Origin: Candidatus Lindowbacteria bacterium RIFCSPLOWO2_12_FULL_62_27
GTDB lineage: Bacteria > Lindowbacteria > 2-12-FULL-62-27
Length of the DNA: 64,000 nucleotides
Direction of reading: 5' to 3'
Assembly: GCA_001784175.1 (NCBI GenBank)
Contig: MFPR01000037.1
Coordinates: forward strand, 23,959-87,958
How positions within the stretch are numbered: the stretch's first letter is position 1; every line of letters begins with the position of its first letter. This document shows positions 37,451 through 47,355 of this stretch, piece by piece. The notes below the pieces were generated by a model. The model ran no database searches, was not told where the DNA came from, and was given only the letters and a program-made list of their open reading frames with translations. The position numbers and the translations under genes are program-made.

Positions 37451-38361
37451 AACCGGGCGTGGTGGTGGTCGGGTCGGTTGCGCTCGATACGGTGGAGACG
37501 GTGCACGGAAAACATGCCGACGCGCTGGGCGGCGCCGCCGTTTATTTTTCGCTGGCCGCGCGGCATTTCTCGAAGCCGGGCATGATCGGCGTGGTCGGCG
37601 GCGATTTTCCGGAACGGCATGTGTCGATGCTTCGGAAGCGCGGCATCGACACGGAGGGCCTCCAGCGCGTTCGCGGCGAATCGTTCCGGTGGGCCGGCCG
37701 GTACAGCCCGGACGGCAACACGGCGCACACGCTGGAGACGCGGCTCGGCGTGTTCGCGCAATTTTCGCCGCGGGTTCCGGACACGTACCGGTCGGCGGGC
37801 GTTTTGTTTCTGGCGAACATCGATCCGGAATTGCAGTATCACGTGCTGCGGCAGATGCGGGGCGCGCTGTCGGGCGGCGACACGATGAATTTCTGGATCA
37901 AGAGCAAGCGGCCGCAGCTTCTGCGAATGCTGCGCCGGCTCCACATCCTTTTCGTGAACGACCAGGAAGCGCGGATGTTGACGGGCGAACACAGCCTCCT
38001 CAAGGCGTCCTTGGGATTGTTGCGGCTGGGGCCTCGGGTGGCCGTGGTCAAGAAGGGCGAGCACGGTTCGATGATCCGCTCGCGGGCCGGCGTTCAGTTT
38101 TGCCCGCCCTTCCCCGTCCGCGACGTGCGGGACCCGACGGGCGCGGGGGACAGCTTTGCCGGCGCGTTCATGAGCGTGCTGGCGAAGTCCGGGCGGCGCA
38201 GCCGGAACTTGGACGAAAAGATTCTCGCGCGGGCCTGCGCCTTCGGCAGCGTCGTCTCCTCGTTCACGGTGGAATCGTTCGGCGTCGCGGGCCTCGTGCG
38301 GCTGAAACCGGCGGCGATCCGGGGCCGGTACGAGAAGCTCAAAACGCTGGTGGCGATCTGA
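37447..38361 (+). CDS. PfkB-family carbohydrate/nucleoside kinase
   Basis: MKPGVVVVGSVALD...GGAAVY... and C-terminal DPTGAGDSFAGAF. ATGA overlap with the upstream stop. Confidence 0.8.
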   Translation: MKPGVVVVGSVALDTVETVHGKHADALGGAAVYFSLAARHFSKPGMIGVVGGDFPERHVSMLRKRGIDTEGLQRVRGESFRWAGRYSPDGNTAHTLETRLGVFAQFSPRVPDTYRSAGVLFLANIDPELQYHVLRQMRGALSGGDTMNFWIKSKRPQLLRMLRRLHILFVNDQEARMLTGEHSLLKASLGLLRLGPRVAVVKKGEHGSMIRSRAGVQFCPPFPVRDVRDPTGAGDSFAGAFMSVLAKSGRRSRNLDEKILARACAFGSVVSSFTVESFGVAGLVRLKPAAIRGRYEKLKTLVAI

Positions 38362-38363
38362 CC

Positions 38364-39644
38364 ATGCGCGTAGGGTTGATCGGACTGGGCACGGTGGGCC
38401 GCGAGGTGGCGCGGCTGCTTCTGGAGGAGCGGCGCGCGATTTTCGAGCGGACGGGCGCCGAGCTGGACCTGCGCGTGATCGTCGACAAGGACCTGTCCCC
38501 GCGGGAGGGCCTGGCGCTTCCGGCCGACGTGCGGTTCACGGACGATCTGGGCGCGATCATGGAGGACCCTTCGATCGAAGCGGTCGTCGAGCTGATCGGC
38601 GGGATCGAGCCGGCGCGAAAGATCCATCTGGAGGCGCTCCGGCGGAAAAAACATCTGGTGACCGCCAACAAGGCGCTCTTGGCCGAGCGCGGCTCCGAGC
38701 TGTTTCAGGAGGCGCGCCGGCAGGGCGTGCAGCTTCGGTTCGAGGCGAGCGTGGCCGGCGGCATACCGATCATCAAGTCTTTTACGGAGGCGCTCGCGGC
38801 CAACCGGATCGAGCGGCTCTACGGCATCATCAACGGCACGGCCAATTACATCCTCACGCAGATGACGCAGAAGGGCCTGACGTTCGAGGAGGCGCTCCGC
38901 GAAGCCAAGCGGCTGGGATTCGCCGAGTCGGACCCGACCTTCGATGTCGAGGGCACGGACACGGCGCACAAGCTGGCGCTTCTGTGCCGGCTGGCCTTCG
39001 GCGTCGACATCCCGTTCTCGCAGCTCAGTTACGAGGGCATTTCCAAACTGTCCCAACTCGACCTGCAATTCGCCGCGGAACTCGGATTCACGGTGAAGCT
39101 CCTCGCGGTCGCGATCCGCCGCGGCGAGGGCATCGAAGTGCGGGCGCATCCGGCCCTCATTCCGAGCGGGCACCCGCTGGCGGCGGTGTCGAACGAATTC
39201 AACGCCGTGACGGTGGTGGGCGACCGCGTGGGCGAGATGATGTTTTACGGGCGCGGGGCCGGCGGCCGGCCGACGTCGTCGTCGGTGGTGGCGGACCTGA
39301 TCGACATTGCGCTGGGCCGCGCGTACGGGGGCGTCGTCAATTTCGATTCGAAACTGCGGATCATCACGAAGGAGGATTCGATCAGCAAGTGGTATCTGCG
39401 GTTCACTGTGGAGGACCGGCCGGGCGTGCTGGGCCAGCTTGCGACCGTGCTGGGCCGGCACCACATCAGCATCGAGGCGTGCCTCCAGAAGGGCGCGCCG
39501 ATGAACGGCGCCGTGCCCGTCGTCCTGCAGACGTTCGAGTCGAACGAATCGGCGGTCCGGCAGGCGATCGACGAGGTCGCCCGGATGAGTTTCATGCGCG
39601 AGGGCGCGCGGCTCATCCGCGTGGAACCTCTGAGGGCGGACTGA
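38364..39644 (+). CDS. hom: Homoserine dehydrogenase
   Basis: MRVGLIGLGTVG..., NGTANYILT, DPTFDVEGTDTAHKL and a C-terminal ACT domain. Confidence 0.9.
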   Translation: MRVGLIGLGTVGREVARLLLEERRAIFERTGAELDLRVIVDKDLSPREGLALPADVRFTDDLGAIMEDPSIEAVVELIGGIEPARKIHLEALRRKKHLVTANKALLAERGSELFQEARRQGVQLRFEASVAGGIPIIKSFTEALAANRIERLYGIINGTANYILTQMTQKGLTFEEALREAKRLGFAESDPTFDVEGTDTAHKLALLCRLAFGVDIPFSQLSYEGISKLSQLDLQFAAELGFTVKLLAVAIRRGEGIEVRAHPALIPSGHPLAAVSNEFNAVTVVGDRVGEMMFYGRGAGGRPTSSSVVADLIDIALGRAYGGVVNFDSKLRIITKEDSISKWYLRFTVEDRPGVLGQLATVLGRHHISIEACLQKGAPMNGAVPVVLQTFESNESAVRQAIDEVARMSFMREGARLIRVEPLRAD

Positions 39645-39649
39645 GCCGC

Positions 39650-40723
39650 ATGTCGACCCGCGGCGTCATCGCGCGATACCGGCCGTACCTGCCGGTCACC
39701 GAGTCGACGCCGGTCATCACGCTGCAGGAGGGCGATACGCCGCTTTTGCGGCTGCGCAACGTCGAAAAACATATCGGATGCGAGGCGGAACTCTACGCGA
39801 AGTTTGAAGGGCTGAACCCGACGGCGTCGTTCAAGGACCGCGGCATGACGCTGGCGGTTTCGAAGGCCATCGAGGAAGGCGCCGACGCCGTGCTCTGCGC
39901 GTCCACCGGAAACACCTCGGCCTCGGCCGCCGCCTACGCCGCCCGCGCCCGCATCAAGTGCGCGGTGATTCTCCCCGAGGGCGCCATCGCGCTCGGCAAA
40001 CTCGCGCAGGCCCTCCTGCACGGCGCGGTGGTCCTGCCGGTCGCGGCCAGCTTCGACGGCGCGCTCGACCTTGTGCGGCAGATCAGCGCGACTTACCGGA
40101 TCACGCTCGTCAATTCCGTCAATCCGTACCGGCTGGCGGGCCAGAAGACGGCGGCGTTTGAGATTTGCGATCTCCTCGGCGACGCGCCCGATTTTCACAT
40201 CCTGCCCGTCGGCAACGCCGGGAACATCACCGCCTACTGGATGGGATACAAGGAATACTTCGCAGCGGGCCTCAGCAAGCGCCGGCCGAAGATGTATGGC
40301 TTTCAGGCCGAAGGCGCCGCGCCGATCGTGCGGGGCGCGCCGGTCGAAAAGCCGGAGACCATCGCCAGCGCCATCCGGATCGGCAACCCCGCGAGCTGGC
40401 GGCAGGCCCTGGAGGCGCGGGACGAATCGGGTGGCGAGATTCGCGCGGTGTCGGACGCCGCGATCCTCGAGGCCTACCGGCTCCTGGCGCGGCTCGAGGG
40501 AATTTTCGCCGAGCCCGCATCGGCGGCGGCGCTGGCCGGCGCGATCCAGATGCACGCGGACAAATTGCTGGTCCGCGGCTTCCGCGCGGCGCTGACGCTG
40601 ACGGGCCACGGCCTCAAGGATCCGGGCACGGCGCTGAAAGTCGTGCCCGAACCCAAATCGGTCAAGGCGGACGTCGGCGCGATCGCGGACTTTCTTGGAT
40701 TGAAAAAAGGCGTTCCCACCTGA
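39650..40723 (+). CDS. thrC: Threonine synthase
   Basis: LQEGDTPLL..., NPTASFKDRGM (PLP lysine) and STGNTSASAAAY. Confidence 0.9.
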   Translation: MSTRGVIARYRPYLPVTESTPVITLQEGDTPLLRLRNVEKHIGCEAELYAKFEGLNPTASFKDRGMTLAVSKAIEEGADAVLCASTGNTSASAAAYAARARIKCAVILPEGAIALGKLAQALLHGAVVLPVAASFDGALDLVRQISATYRITLVNSVNPYRLAGQKTAAFEICDLLGDAPDFHILPVGNAGNITAYWMGYKEYFAAGLSKRRPKMYGFQAEGAAPIVRGAPVEKPETIASAIRIGNPASWRQALEARDESGGEIRAVSDAAILEAYRLLARLEGIFAEPASAAALAGAIQMHADKLLVRGFRAALTLTGHGLKDPGTALKVVPEPKSVKADVGAIADFLGLKKGVPT

Positions 40724-43700
40724 AACGATTCGCGGCGCTGGCCTGCCTCGCGCTGCTCTTGCGGCCGGCGCCCGGATGTGCGGCTGGAGAGGCCGCCACG
40801 GTTACCGAGACCATCACGGTCGGCAAGAGCGTCGAGGTCCATACCTACGAGGTTTCCGGCAAGAAAAAAACGCGAACCGGGATGGAAAAATATGATCTGA
40901 AGGGCGTGAAGAAGAAGGAGGAGCACTACGATCGCGCGGGCCGGCGACACGGCCGGCAGACCGTGTGGTACGAAAACGGCCGCAAGGATTACGAGAAGGA
41001 ATTCGTCAGCGGCGAAGTGCAGGGGCGGACCGAAACCTGGTATCGCGACGGCCGGCCGCGCGAATCGTCCGAATGGTCCCGCGGCCTGCGGCACGGCCGG
41101 ACCGTGATCACCGACACGCACGGCGAGCGGTACGAAAGCGACTGGTGGGGCGGCGGGATCGCCAACGGCACCGTCATCGTCGAATGGTACGAGGGAAACA
41201 AGGCGCAGGGCGCGTACCGGACCTACACCTCCGATATTCAATACATCCTGGATGGCCGCCCGGCCCGGGCGTACGTGTTCCGAAAAGGCGTGCAGGTATT
41301 GGAAACCGAATGGTTCCCATCGGGCCGGAAAAAGAGCGAATTCGAATACAAAGAGGGTGTGATGCACGGCCGCGCGCTGATGTGGCACGAAAACGGCGTC
41401 CACAAACTGGAGGCGCAGATCCGCGCCGGCCGGCTCGAGGGCCCGAGGGTCCGGTGGTACGAATCGGGCGAGACGGAGGCGGTCCAGACGTTTCGAAACG
41501 ATCTCGCCCACGGGCCCTACCTGGAATGGTACGAAAGCGGCGGCCGGAAATGGGAGGAACTCTGGCAGGACGGCCGGCTGTCGAAGGTGGTGGGCCGCTG
41601 GTATGAGGACGGCCGGCCGATGGATTTGTCGGTCCATGAATTCGAGTCGTTCAATTATCGCCTCCGCGAACTGCCCGCGCCCTGGTTTCAGGTCAACGCG
41701 GAGAAGCTCGAGCCGAAAGCGCAGGTTGCCTACCTGCGCACGCGGCCGGACATCTATCTCTTTGCCGTCGCCGAACCCCTGCCGCAGAGCGTGTCGACGA
41801 CGGAGGACCTGGCGCGCGCGATCTTGGCCGGTATCAAGACCACCTCGGAGGCCTTCGCGGAATTCAAGGGCGGCCCGCTCGAGGCGAACGGCCTGAAGGG
41901 GATGTACACCGGCGCGCTGCGCGTGGTGAAGAACACGCGCGAGACGCATTTCATCTGGACCTTGGCGCATCACGGAATGGCTTACCGGATCGTGCTTCTC
42001 ACGCTGGGGGACGTGTCGCAGACCGTATTGCTCGGCGAACTCAAGAAGATCCTGCCTTACTTCGATCTCATCGATCCGGACCGCCGGTTCGGCGTGGAGG
42101 AGCTCAGGCAACTCAAGCCGGAGGTGAAGGTCAAGCCGGTGGAGGAGTACCGGTCGGCGGCATTTGCGTATTCGCTGAAAAATCTGGGCAAGGGCTGGCT
42201 GGAATGGGACACGATCAAAAAAATGTTTCCGTCCGTCGATTTTGCGGCGGTGACGTCGGACAATTACGCGGGTGTCATCGTCGTTCCGGTATACCTCCAC
42301 GATCTCAAGCCGACGCCCGAGGAACTCACGGCGGTTCTCTTCGGGCGCTGGGGCCAGCCATGGCCGCCTCCGAACCTCCGCACGGTGTCGGCGGCAACGG
42401 ACGCGGGCGCCGAGTACGAACATCGCGGGCAGCTTCTCGGAAGGGACCTGTTCGTCCGCACGCGGATCGTTCGGAAAAAATCGTTCGCGTATCTCTGCTC
42501 GACTATCCGGACATCCGCCGACGAGCGGTACCTCCGGCTTCTCGACGGCGTGCTGGCCGGCGCGGCGTTCGGGGAGGGCGAGCTGTCCGGCCCGCCGGCG
42601 TTCTCGACCGCGCAGACCATCGACAACGCCGCGGTCCTGAACCAGATCGGGCTGCACCTGCAGGACGCGAAGGCGTACGATCGCGCGGTCCCGTTTTTCA
42701 AAAAGGCGTGGGAGGTCCATCCGGAGGAGCCGGTGATTCTGGAAAATCTGCTTGCGGTTCTTCATCAGACGCGGGCCTACCGGGAGGGCGTGGAGGTGCT
42801 GGACCGGGAGATCCCGCGGTTTGAGCGGCGCCTGAGCCTTCGGCGAATCCGCGCGCGGTTCAACATGGAACTGGAGAGCTTCGCGGCCGCGCGCGCGGAT
42901 TTCGAGAAGCTTCTGGCGGCGTCGCCGGACGACGAGGATCTCATCTTCAACCTCGCCGGTGTCCTCTGGAAACTCGACGAAAAGGACGAGGCGATCCGGC
43001 AGGTCGGATCGCGCTGGGACAAAAACAAGTCACCCAAACTCGGCGTATTTCTCGCGCAGCTCCATCGCGCCCGCAGCGAGTACGACACCGCCCTCTCGGT
43101 GCTGGACCGCACGCAGAGCGGCCGGGCCGTTCATCCGGAAATCACCTACGAGCGGATCGAAAACCTCCTGGCAAGGGGAGACTACACGAAGGCCCGCGAT
43201 CTCGGGCAGATGCTGATCGATCAGCGCATCGGGAGCGCCGCCGCGTACACCTACCTCGGGATGGCGGAGTATCTGCTGAAGCAGTACAAGCGGGCGAAGG
43301 AATCGCTCGAGAAGGCGCTGGCGCTCCGGCCGGAGGACGAATCCGTCAAGAAGACGCTGGCCACGGTCTCCGCCCTCCTCGGGCAGGGCGACAACTCGCT
43401 GCTGAAAAATCCGATCCCGGCCGTGCCCTACGCGGCCGCCTTCGATGTCCAGGCCCTGCGAAAGACGCCGACGGCCTCGCCGTATTTCTCCGACCACAAC
43501 GCCGCGTATCTTCTCAAGGTCAAGGCCGTCGAATATGAAAAAGGAAAGACGCACCGGACGACGTACCGCTACGTCATCCGGATTCTCAACGAGAAAGGCA
43601 AGGCCGATTTCGCCGAAATCGATTTTTCGTTCAATCCCACCTACGAATCGCTCTTCGTGAATCACCTCGCCGTCTACAACGCGCGCGGCGATAGGGTGGC

Positions 43701-45255
43701 CGAGGGACAAATGGACCAGTTTTATGTGGTCGACGCGGCCGGCGAGATCCGGACCACGGGGGAAAAGAGCGCGAAACTGCCGGTGCCCGGCGTCGCGCCG
43801 GACCACGTGATCGACGTCATGGTCACGCGGGAAACGCGCGGGTCGGACCGGTTCGGGTTCGAGCGCCATTTCTTCACGTCGGTCTATCCCGTTCAGGAAC
43901 AGCACTACGCCCTCTCGGGGGACGTCGGCAAGCTCGTGTACACGGCCGAACGCCTGCCGGCGCCCGTCGTCGAGCCGGGCCGGCTGGCGTTCAAGCTGGT
44001 CCAGCCGCCGGTTCTTTATATTGAGTCGTTCCTGCCCGCCGTTTCAAAATTCATTCCGTACGCCGCGGTTGCCGACCCCGGTTCCTGGCAGGCGGAGTTG
44101 TCCGAATACTACGCCGGCGTCAAGACGCTGCTCGAACCGGACGACAAGGTCCGCGGGATTGCGCGGGAGCTGACGGAAGGATGCCCCACGGACCGGTGCC
44201 GGGCGGAACGGCTGGTGCGGTACGTTCAAAAAAATCTCAACTATGTCGCCATCGAGTTCGGCCGCCGCGCGCGCACGCCGAACCCGGTGTCCCAGACGCT
44301 GCGGCAAAAATACGGCGACTGCAAGGACCACAGCGTCCTGCTCCACGCGCTCCTGACGAGCGCCGGCATTCCCTCGAAACCGGCGCTGGTGCACGCCACC
44401 GGTGAGATCGACAAGGGCGTGCCGTCCCTCGACCAGTTCAACCACATGGTCGTCCTCGCGCAGGTGGGGGGTGAGGAGGTGGTCCTCGATTGCACCGGCA
44501 AGTATGTCTCGGACCTCTTCCGCCCGTTCCCGCTGTCGGGCCGGCCGATTCTGCCGGTGGCGCCGGAGGCGTCCTTTACGGCGGCGCCGGCGTATCCGGC
44601 CGACGCGGCGGGTGTGACTTGCGTTCGCGATGTGACCTGGTCGGGTCAGACGGGCGTCGACGTTCAGGAGACGGTCGTGATGCGCGGATATCTGAGCGAC
44701 GGGTTCCGCGAGATTCTGGGATCGCAAAGCCGGTCCGTGTGGTCGAACCTCATCGCACGGTATCTGGACCGAAGCGGCCGGGACCTGGTGTTGCGGTCAT
44801 TTTCGGCCGAAGGCATCGATCAGTTGGATTCGCCGGTGGTCCTGCGGTTGGACTACGCGGTGGACGGAAAATTCGAAACGCTGCCGGACCAGACCGTCGG
44901 CATTCTGCCGGCGTACTGGGAAAATTCGCTGCTGGCCGTCCCGAAAGTCTCGCGGCGCCACCATCCTTTTGAAAACGACCTGACCGGCCGATTCGAAACG
45001 GAGGTCCGGTTCCGGATGCCCGCCGGCCACGCGTTGAAAAACGCGGACATCCTGGGCGCCGCGCGCATCGACGAGCCGTTCCTCAAGGGCGCCTCGGGTG
45101 GCGACGTGTCCGAAGACGGTTTCCGGTTCCGCTCCACCTGCGATTTCCTCCCGGCCACAGGTGATGCCGCCGCGTATGCCTCCTATGCCCGCGCGGTCAG
45201 CGCCGCCTTGGACCGCCTGCAACCGAGGGTGGTTTTGGGCCGGAAGGCAAACTGA
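40720..45255 (+). CDS. Large secreted/lipoprotein-like MORN(YwqK)-repeat, TPR and transglutaminase-like protein
   Basis: The N-terminus KRFAALACLALLLRPAPGCAAG is signal-like. Repeated WYENGRK../WYRDGRP../WHENGV../WYESGE.. units follow, then TPR-like helices, then a transglutaminase core (YGDCKDHSVLLHALL) in a DUF3857-like context. There is no ATG, GTG or TTG upstream of the signal sequence in frame, so the start is either CTG 40720 or ATT 40699 and remains uncertain. Confidence 0.7.
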   Translation: MKRFAALACLALLLRPAPGCAAGEAATVTETITVGKSVEVHTYEVSGKKKTRTGMEKYDLKGVKKKEEHYDRAGRRHGRQTVWYENGRKDYEKEFVSGEVQGRTETWYRDGRPRESSEWSRGLRHGRTVITDTHGERYESDWWGGGIANGTVIVEWYEGNKAQGAYRTYTSDIQYILDGRPARAYVFRKGVQVLETEWFPSGRKKSEFEYKEGVMHGRALMWHENGVHKLEAQIRAGRLEGPRVRWYESGETEAVQTFRNDLAHGPYLEWYESGGRKWEELWQDGRLSKVVGRWYEDGRPMDLSVHEFESFNYRLRELPAPWFQVNAEKLEPKAQVAYLRTRPDIYLFAVAEPLPQSVSTTEDLARAILAGIKTTSEAFAEFKGGPLEANGLKGMYTGALRVVKNTRETHFIWTLAHHGMAYRIVLLTLGDVSQTVLLGELKKILPYFDLIDPDRRFGVEELRQLKPEVKVKPVEEYRSAAFAYSLKNLGKGWLEWDTIKKMFPSVDFAAVTSDNYAGVIVVPVYLHDLKPTPEELTAVLFGRWGQPWPPPNLRTVSAATDAGAEYEHRGQLLGRDLFVRTRIVRKKSFAYLCSTIRTSADERYLRLLDGVLAGAAFGEGELSGPPAFSTAQTIDNAAVLNQIGLHLQDAKAYDRAVPFFKKAWEVHPEEPVILENLLAVLHQTRAYREGVEVLDREIPRFERRLSLRRIRARFNMELESFAAARADFEKLLAASPDDEDLIFNLAGVLWKLDEKDEAIRQVGSRWDKNKSPKLGVFLAQLHRARSEYDTALSVLDRTQSGRAVHPEITYERIENLLARGDYTKARDLGQMLIDQRIGSAAAYTYLGMAEYLLKQYKRAKESLEKALALRPEDESVKKTLATVSALLGQGDNSLLKNPIPAVPYAAAFDVQALRKTPTASPYFSDHNAAYLLKVKAVEYEKGKTHRTTYRYVIRILNEKGKADFAEIDFSFNPTYESLFVNHLAVYNARGDRVAEGQMDQFYVVDAAGEIRTTGEKSAKLPVPGVAPDHVIDVMVTRETRGSDRFGFERHFFTSVYPVQEQHYALSGDVGKLVYTAERLPAPVVEPGRLAFKLVQPPVLYIESFLPAVSKFIPYAAVADPGSWQAELSEYYAGVKTLLEPDDKVRGIARELTEGCPTDRCRAERLVRYVQKNLNYVAIEFGRRARTPNPVSQTLRQKYGDCKDHSVLLHALLTSAGIPSKPALVHATGEIDKGVPSLDQFNHMVVLAQVGGEEVVLDCTGKYVSDLFRPFPLSGRPILPVAPEASFTAAPAYPADAAGVTCVRDVTWSGQTGVDVQETVVMRGYLSDGFREILGSQSRSVWSNLIARYLDRSGRDLVLRSFSAEGIDQLDSPVVLRLDYAVDGKFETLPDQTVGILPAYWENSLLAVPKVSRRHHPFENDLTGRFETEVRFRMPAGHALKNADILGAARIDEPFLKGASGGDVSEDGFRFRSTCDFLPATGDAAAYASYARAVSAALDRLQPRVVLGRKAN

Positions 45256-45335
45256 TTCGACAGCGCCGATTCGGCCTTTCAACGCGCATCCACAGGACTG
45301 TTATAAGAGTATTGACTAATTGAAACGATTCACAT

Positions 45336-45434
45336 CCTCTCCCCCCGCAGGGGGGAGAGGATTGAGGCGAGGGGGTCGGACGTGGCGATTGGCCACCCTC
45401 ACCCCGACCCTCTCCCGCCAGAGGCGGGAGAGGG
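45336..45434. repeat. Structured GC-rich REP-like intergenic element
   Basis: Hairpin CCTCTCCCCC-cgcag-GGGGGAGAGG (45336-45360). Inner hairpin GTGGC-gattg-GCCAC. Hairpin CCCTCTCCCGCC-aga-GGCGGGAGAGGG (45408-45434). Confidence 0.6.
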
Positions 45435-45495
45435 GGGATAGATGAACAGTTACGTGCATTTGACAAAAGACCTTATCAACACGCATCATTAGATC

Positions 45496-46800
45496 ATGGT
45501 TGCCGGTGTCATGCTTTTTTGTTTTGGTCTGATGGCGATCCCCGTTTCCGGGGTTTCGTCTCCAACTGCCGAAACCGTGGCGGTGACCGTTTATGTTGGA
45601 AACGGCCGGACTGAAGCAAATCCGGCGGGGTTGGTATTGGATACGCAAACCCTTATCCTTACGGAATCGGGGACATCTACCGGCATATTTCGTTCGGCCC
45701 TCCAGATAATCGTTACGGATATCGATGAAAACGTCGATGATACCGATATCTGGTTGTTCTGGACAGACCGAGACCAAAGGGATTTTAGCGTGGTTGACGT
45801 GTATTCGGAGGTGTATTCATACGAATATGAAATCCTGCGTGACGACCTCGTCGGCATCCGGCCGTTCATTCCTTCCGATCGCAGGCTTCCGGCGGAAAAT
45901 AAAATTTGGCGTGAGACCCGCCTGGCAGGCTTCGACCTGTTGCATACCATTTTCGCGATCGCAGGGATATCGTTGTTTTCCTTCGCGTGGGCCTTCTACC
46001 GCCGGCATTTCAGTCCCGCGCGACCGGGCGATCCGCCCGCCCAGCCAGAAGAGAAGATCGCCCGGCGCGACTGGCGGGCGCTTTCGGACTTTCTGTGCCG
46101 CCATCCGCGGCATCCGGCGGCGCCAACGGTTGCGATGGAGCTGGCCATGGTGCGATATCGGGACATGGATTACGGGCGCGCGGCGGACTATTTTCTGCAG
46201 GCGATACGGCTGAACAGCGCCGCGAAAAATCCTGAAGCGCATTTTTATCTGGCACACTGTTACCGCCATCTCAACTACCTGTGCGACGCAATCGACGAAT
46301 GGATGGCCTGTTACCTGGACGATCCAACCGGGCCGCTGGCAGCGGAGGCTTTCCATGAAGCCCAGCGCTGGCGTGCGCGCCAGATCGTGGAGGACACGGC
46401 GCCGTGCCCGCGTTGCGGCGTGGCCTGCCGGTCGACCGACCTTCGATGTCCACACTGCCACGGCGACTTGGGCCATACGCTGGCGACGTGCGGCGCGTGC
46501 GGAAAGCCCATGGTACGGGAGGCCCAAATCTGCATCCATTGTTTGCCGGACGACATCAAAACCGAAGTGTCGTTGGGAACGGACTGGCCGATTCTGAAAA
46601 CCACGGCCCTGGACTGGGAGGCCGAACTGATCAGGAGCCGTCTGGAGGCCGAAAAAATCCCCTGCGTTCTGACCGGCGAAAAAGGCCGCGCGATCCCGTT
46701 GACGGTCGGATATCTCGGCGAAATCCACATCCGTGTGCCGGTGATCGATCTCCCGGACGCGCAGGCTGTTTCTGTGTATTTGTTTACTAAAGCGCTTTAG
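45496..46800 (+). CDS. Membrane protein with TPR-like region, double zinc ribbon and a C-terminal DUF2007-like domain
   Basis: Signal/TM N-terminus and a second TM (IFAIAGISLFSFAWAFY). Cys pairs CPRCG..CPHCH..CGACG..CIHC. The C-terminus LDWEAELIRSRLEAEKIPCVL... resembles the small signal-transduction DUF2007 fold. Confidence 0.6.
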   Translation: MVAGVMLFCFGLMAIPVSGVSSPTAETVAVTVYVGNGRTEANPAGLVLDTQTLILTESGTSTGIFRSALQIIVTDIDENVDDTDIWLFWTDRDQRDFSVVDVYSEVYSYEYEILRDDLVGIRPFIPSDRRLPAENKIWRETRLAGFDLLHTIFAIAGISLFSFAWAFYRRHFSPARPGDPPAQPEEKIARRDWRALSDFLCRHPRHPAAPTVAMELAMVRYRDMDYGRAADYFLQAIRLNSAAKNPEAHFYLAHCYRHLNYLCDAIDEWMACYLDDPTGPLAAEAFHEAQRWRARQIVEDTAPCPRCGVACRSTDLRCPHCHGDLGHTLATCGACGKPMVREAQICIHCLPDDIKTEVSLGTDWPILKTTALDWEAELIRSRLEAEKIPCVLTGEKGRAIPLTVGYLGEIHIRVPVIDLPDAQAVSVYLFTKAL

Positions 46801-46815
46801 TATATAATTGGGGCG

Positions 46816-47355
46816 ATGATCAAAACGGGAACCAAAAATCCGCATGCGGTGGCGTTGGGTAGAAAAGGCGGGGTCCTAAGCGCGAAGGTCCGGTTGGCGG
46901 GCGCGTCCAAAAAGGATCTGTCGGCGTGGGGAAGAAGGACCGTCCAGGCCCGCTGGGATCGGCGGCGGGTGACCCTCAAGCGTGCGGCCGAATACGTGAG
47001 CAGTGCGCGGTCCGATATCGGGGCGGCTCTGCGTGAATTTTACCACGACCTTGCAGCAGCGCCGTCCCATATCCTGATTGCGGATGAACCGCCGCCGACG
47101 GGCAACGCCGCGTACGATGCCTACCTTGCAGCGGTGGCGGAAACGGCCGCCGCACGGTTTGATTGGAACCCGCCGGCATGGGTCGACCATAAAAGTCGTT
47201 TCCTTCCCGCGCCGTATTTTGCGAATGCTCCGGCCGGGATGAGGATTTATCTTCTTCAGGCTTCTCCGGGGCCGTTTCGGCGGCGGAACATTTTTGTCGA
47301 CAAAGACGCCGTAACCGGCGCCATCCGAAAATGCGGGATGGAGCGGAGCCGATGA
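46816..47355 (+). CDS. Hypothetical protein, putative partner/antitoxin of the downstream nucleotidyltransferase
   Basis: 179 aa with a basic N-terminal motif NPHAVALGRKGGVLSAKVRLAG..RRTVQARW. The rest is unrecognised. Its stop overlaps the next ATG (ATGA). Confidence 0.55.
   Translation: MIKTGTKNPHAVALGRKGGVLSAKVRLAGASKKDLSAWGRRTVQARWDRRRVTLKRAAEYVSSARSDIGAALREFYHDLAAAPSHILIADEPPPTGNAAYDAYLAAVAETAAARFDWNPPAWVDHKSRFLPAPYFANAPAGMRIYLLQASPGPFRRRNIFVDKDAVTGAIRKCGMERSR

Noticed and set aside
45197-45777. Minus-strand ORFs 45197-45466 and 45316-45777 spanning the REP-like element (PLPPLAGEGRGEG...).
   Set aside because: The translation is dictated by the hairpin repeats, as in classic mis-annotated REP 'proteins'. 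The region is better explained as a structured non-coding element plus the antisense of the 45496 gene.
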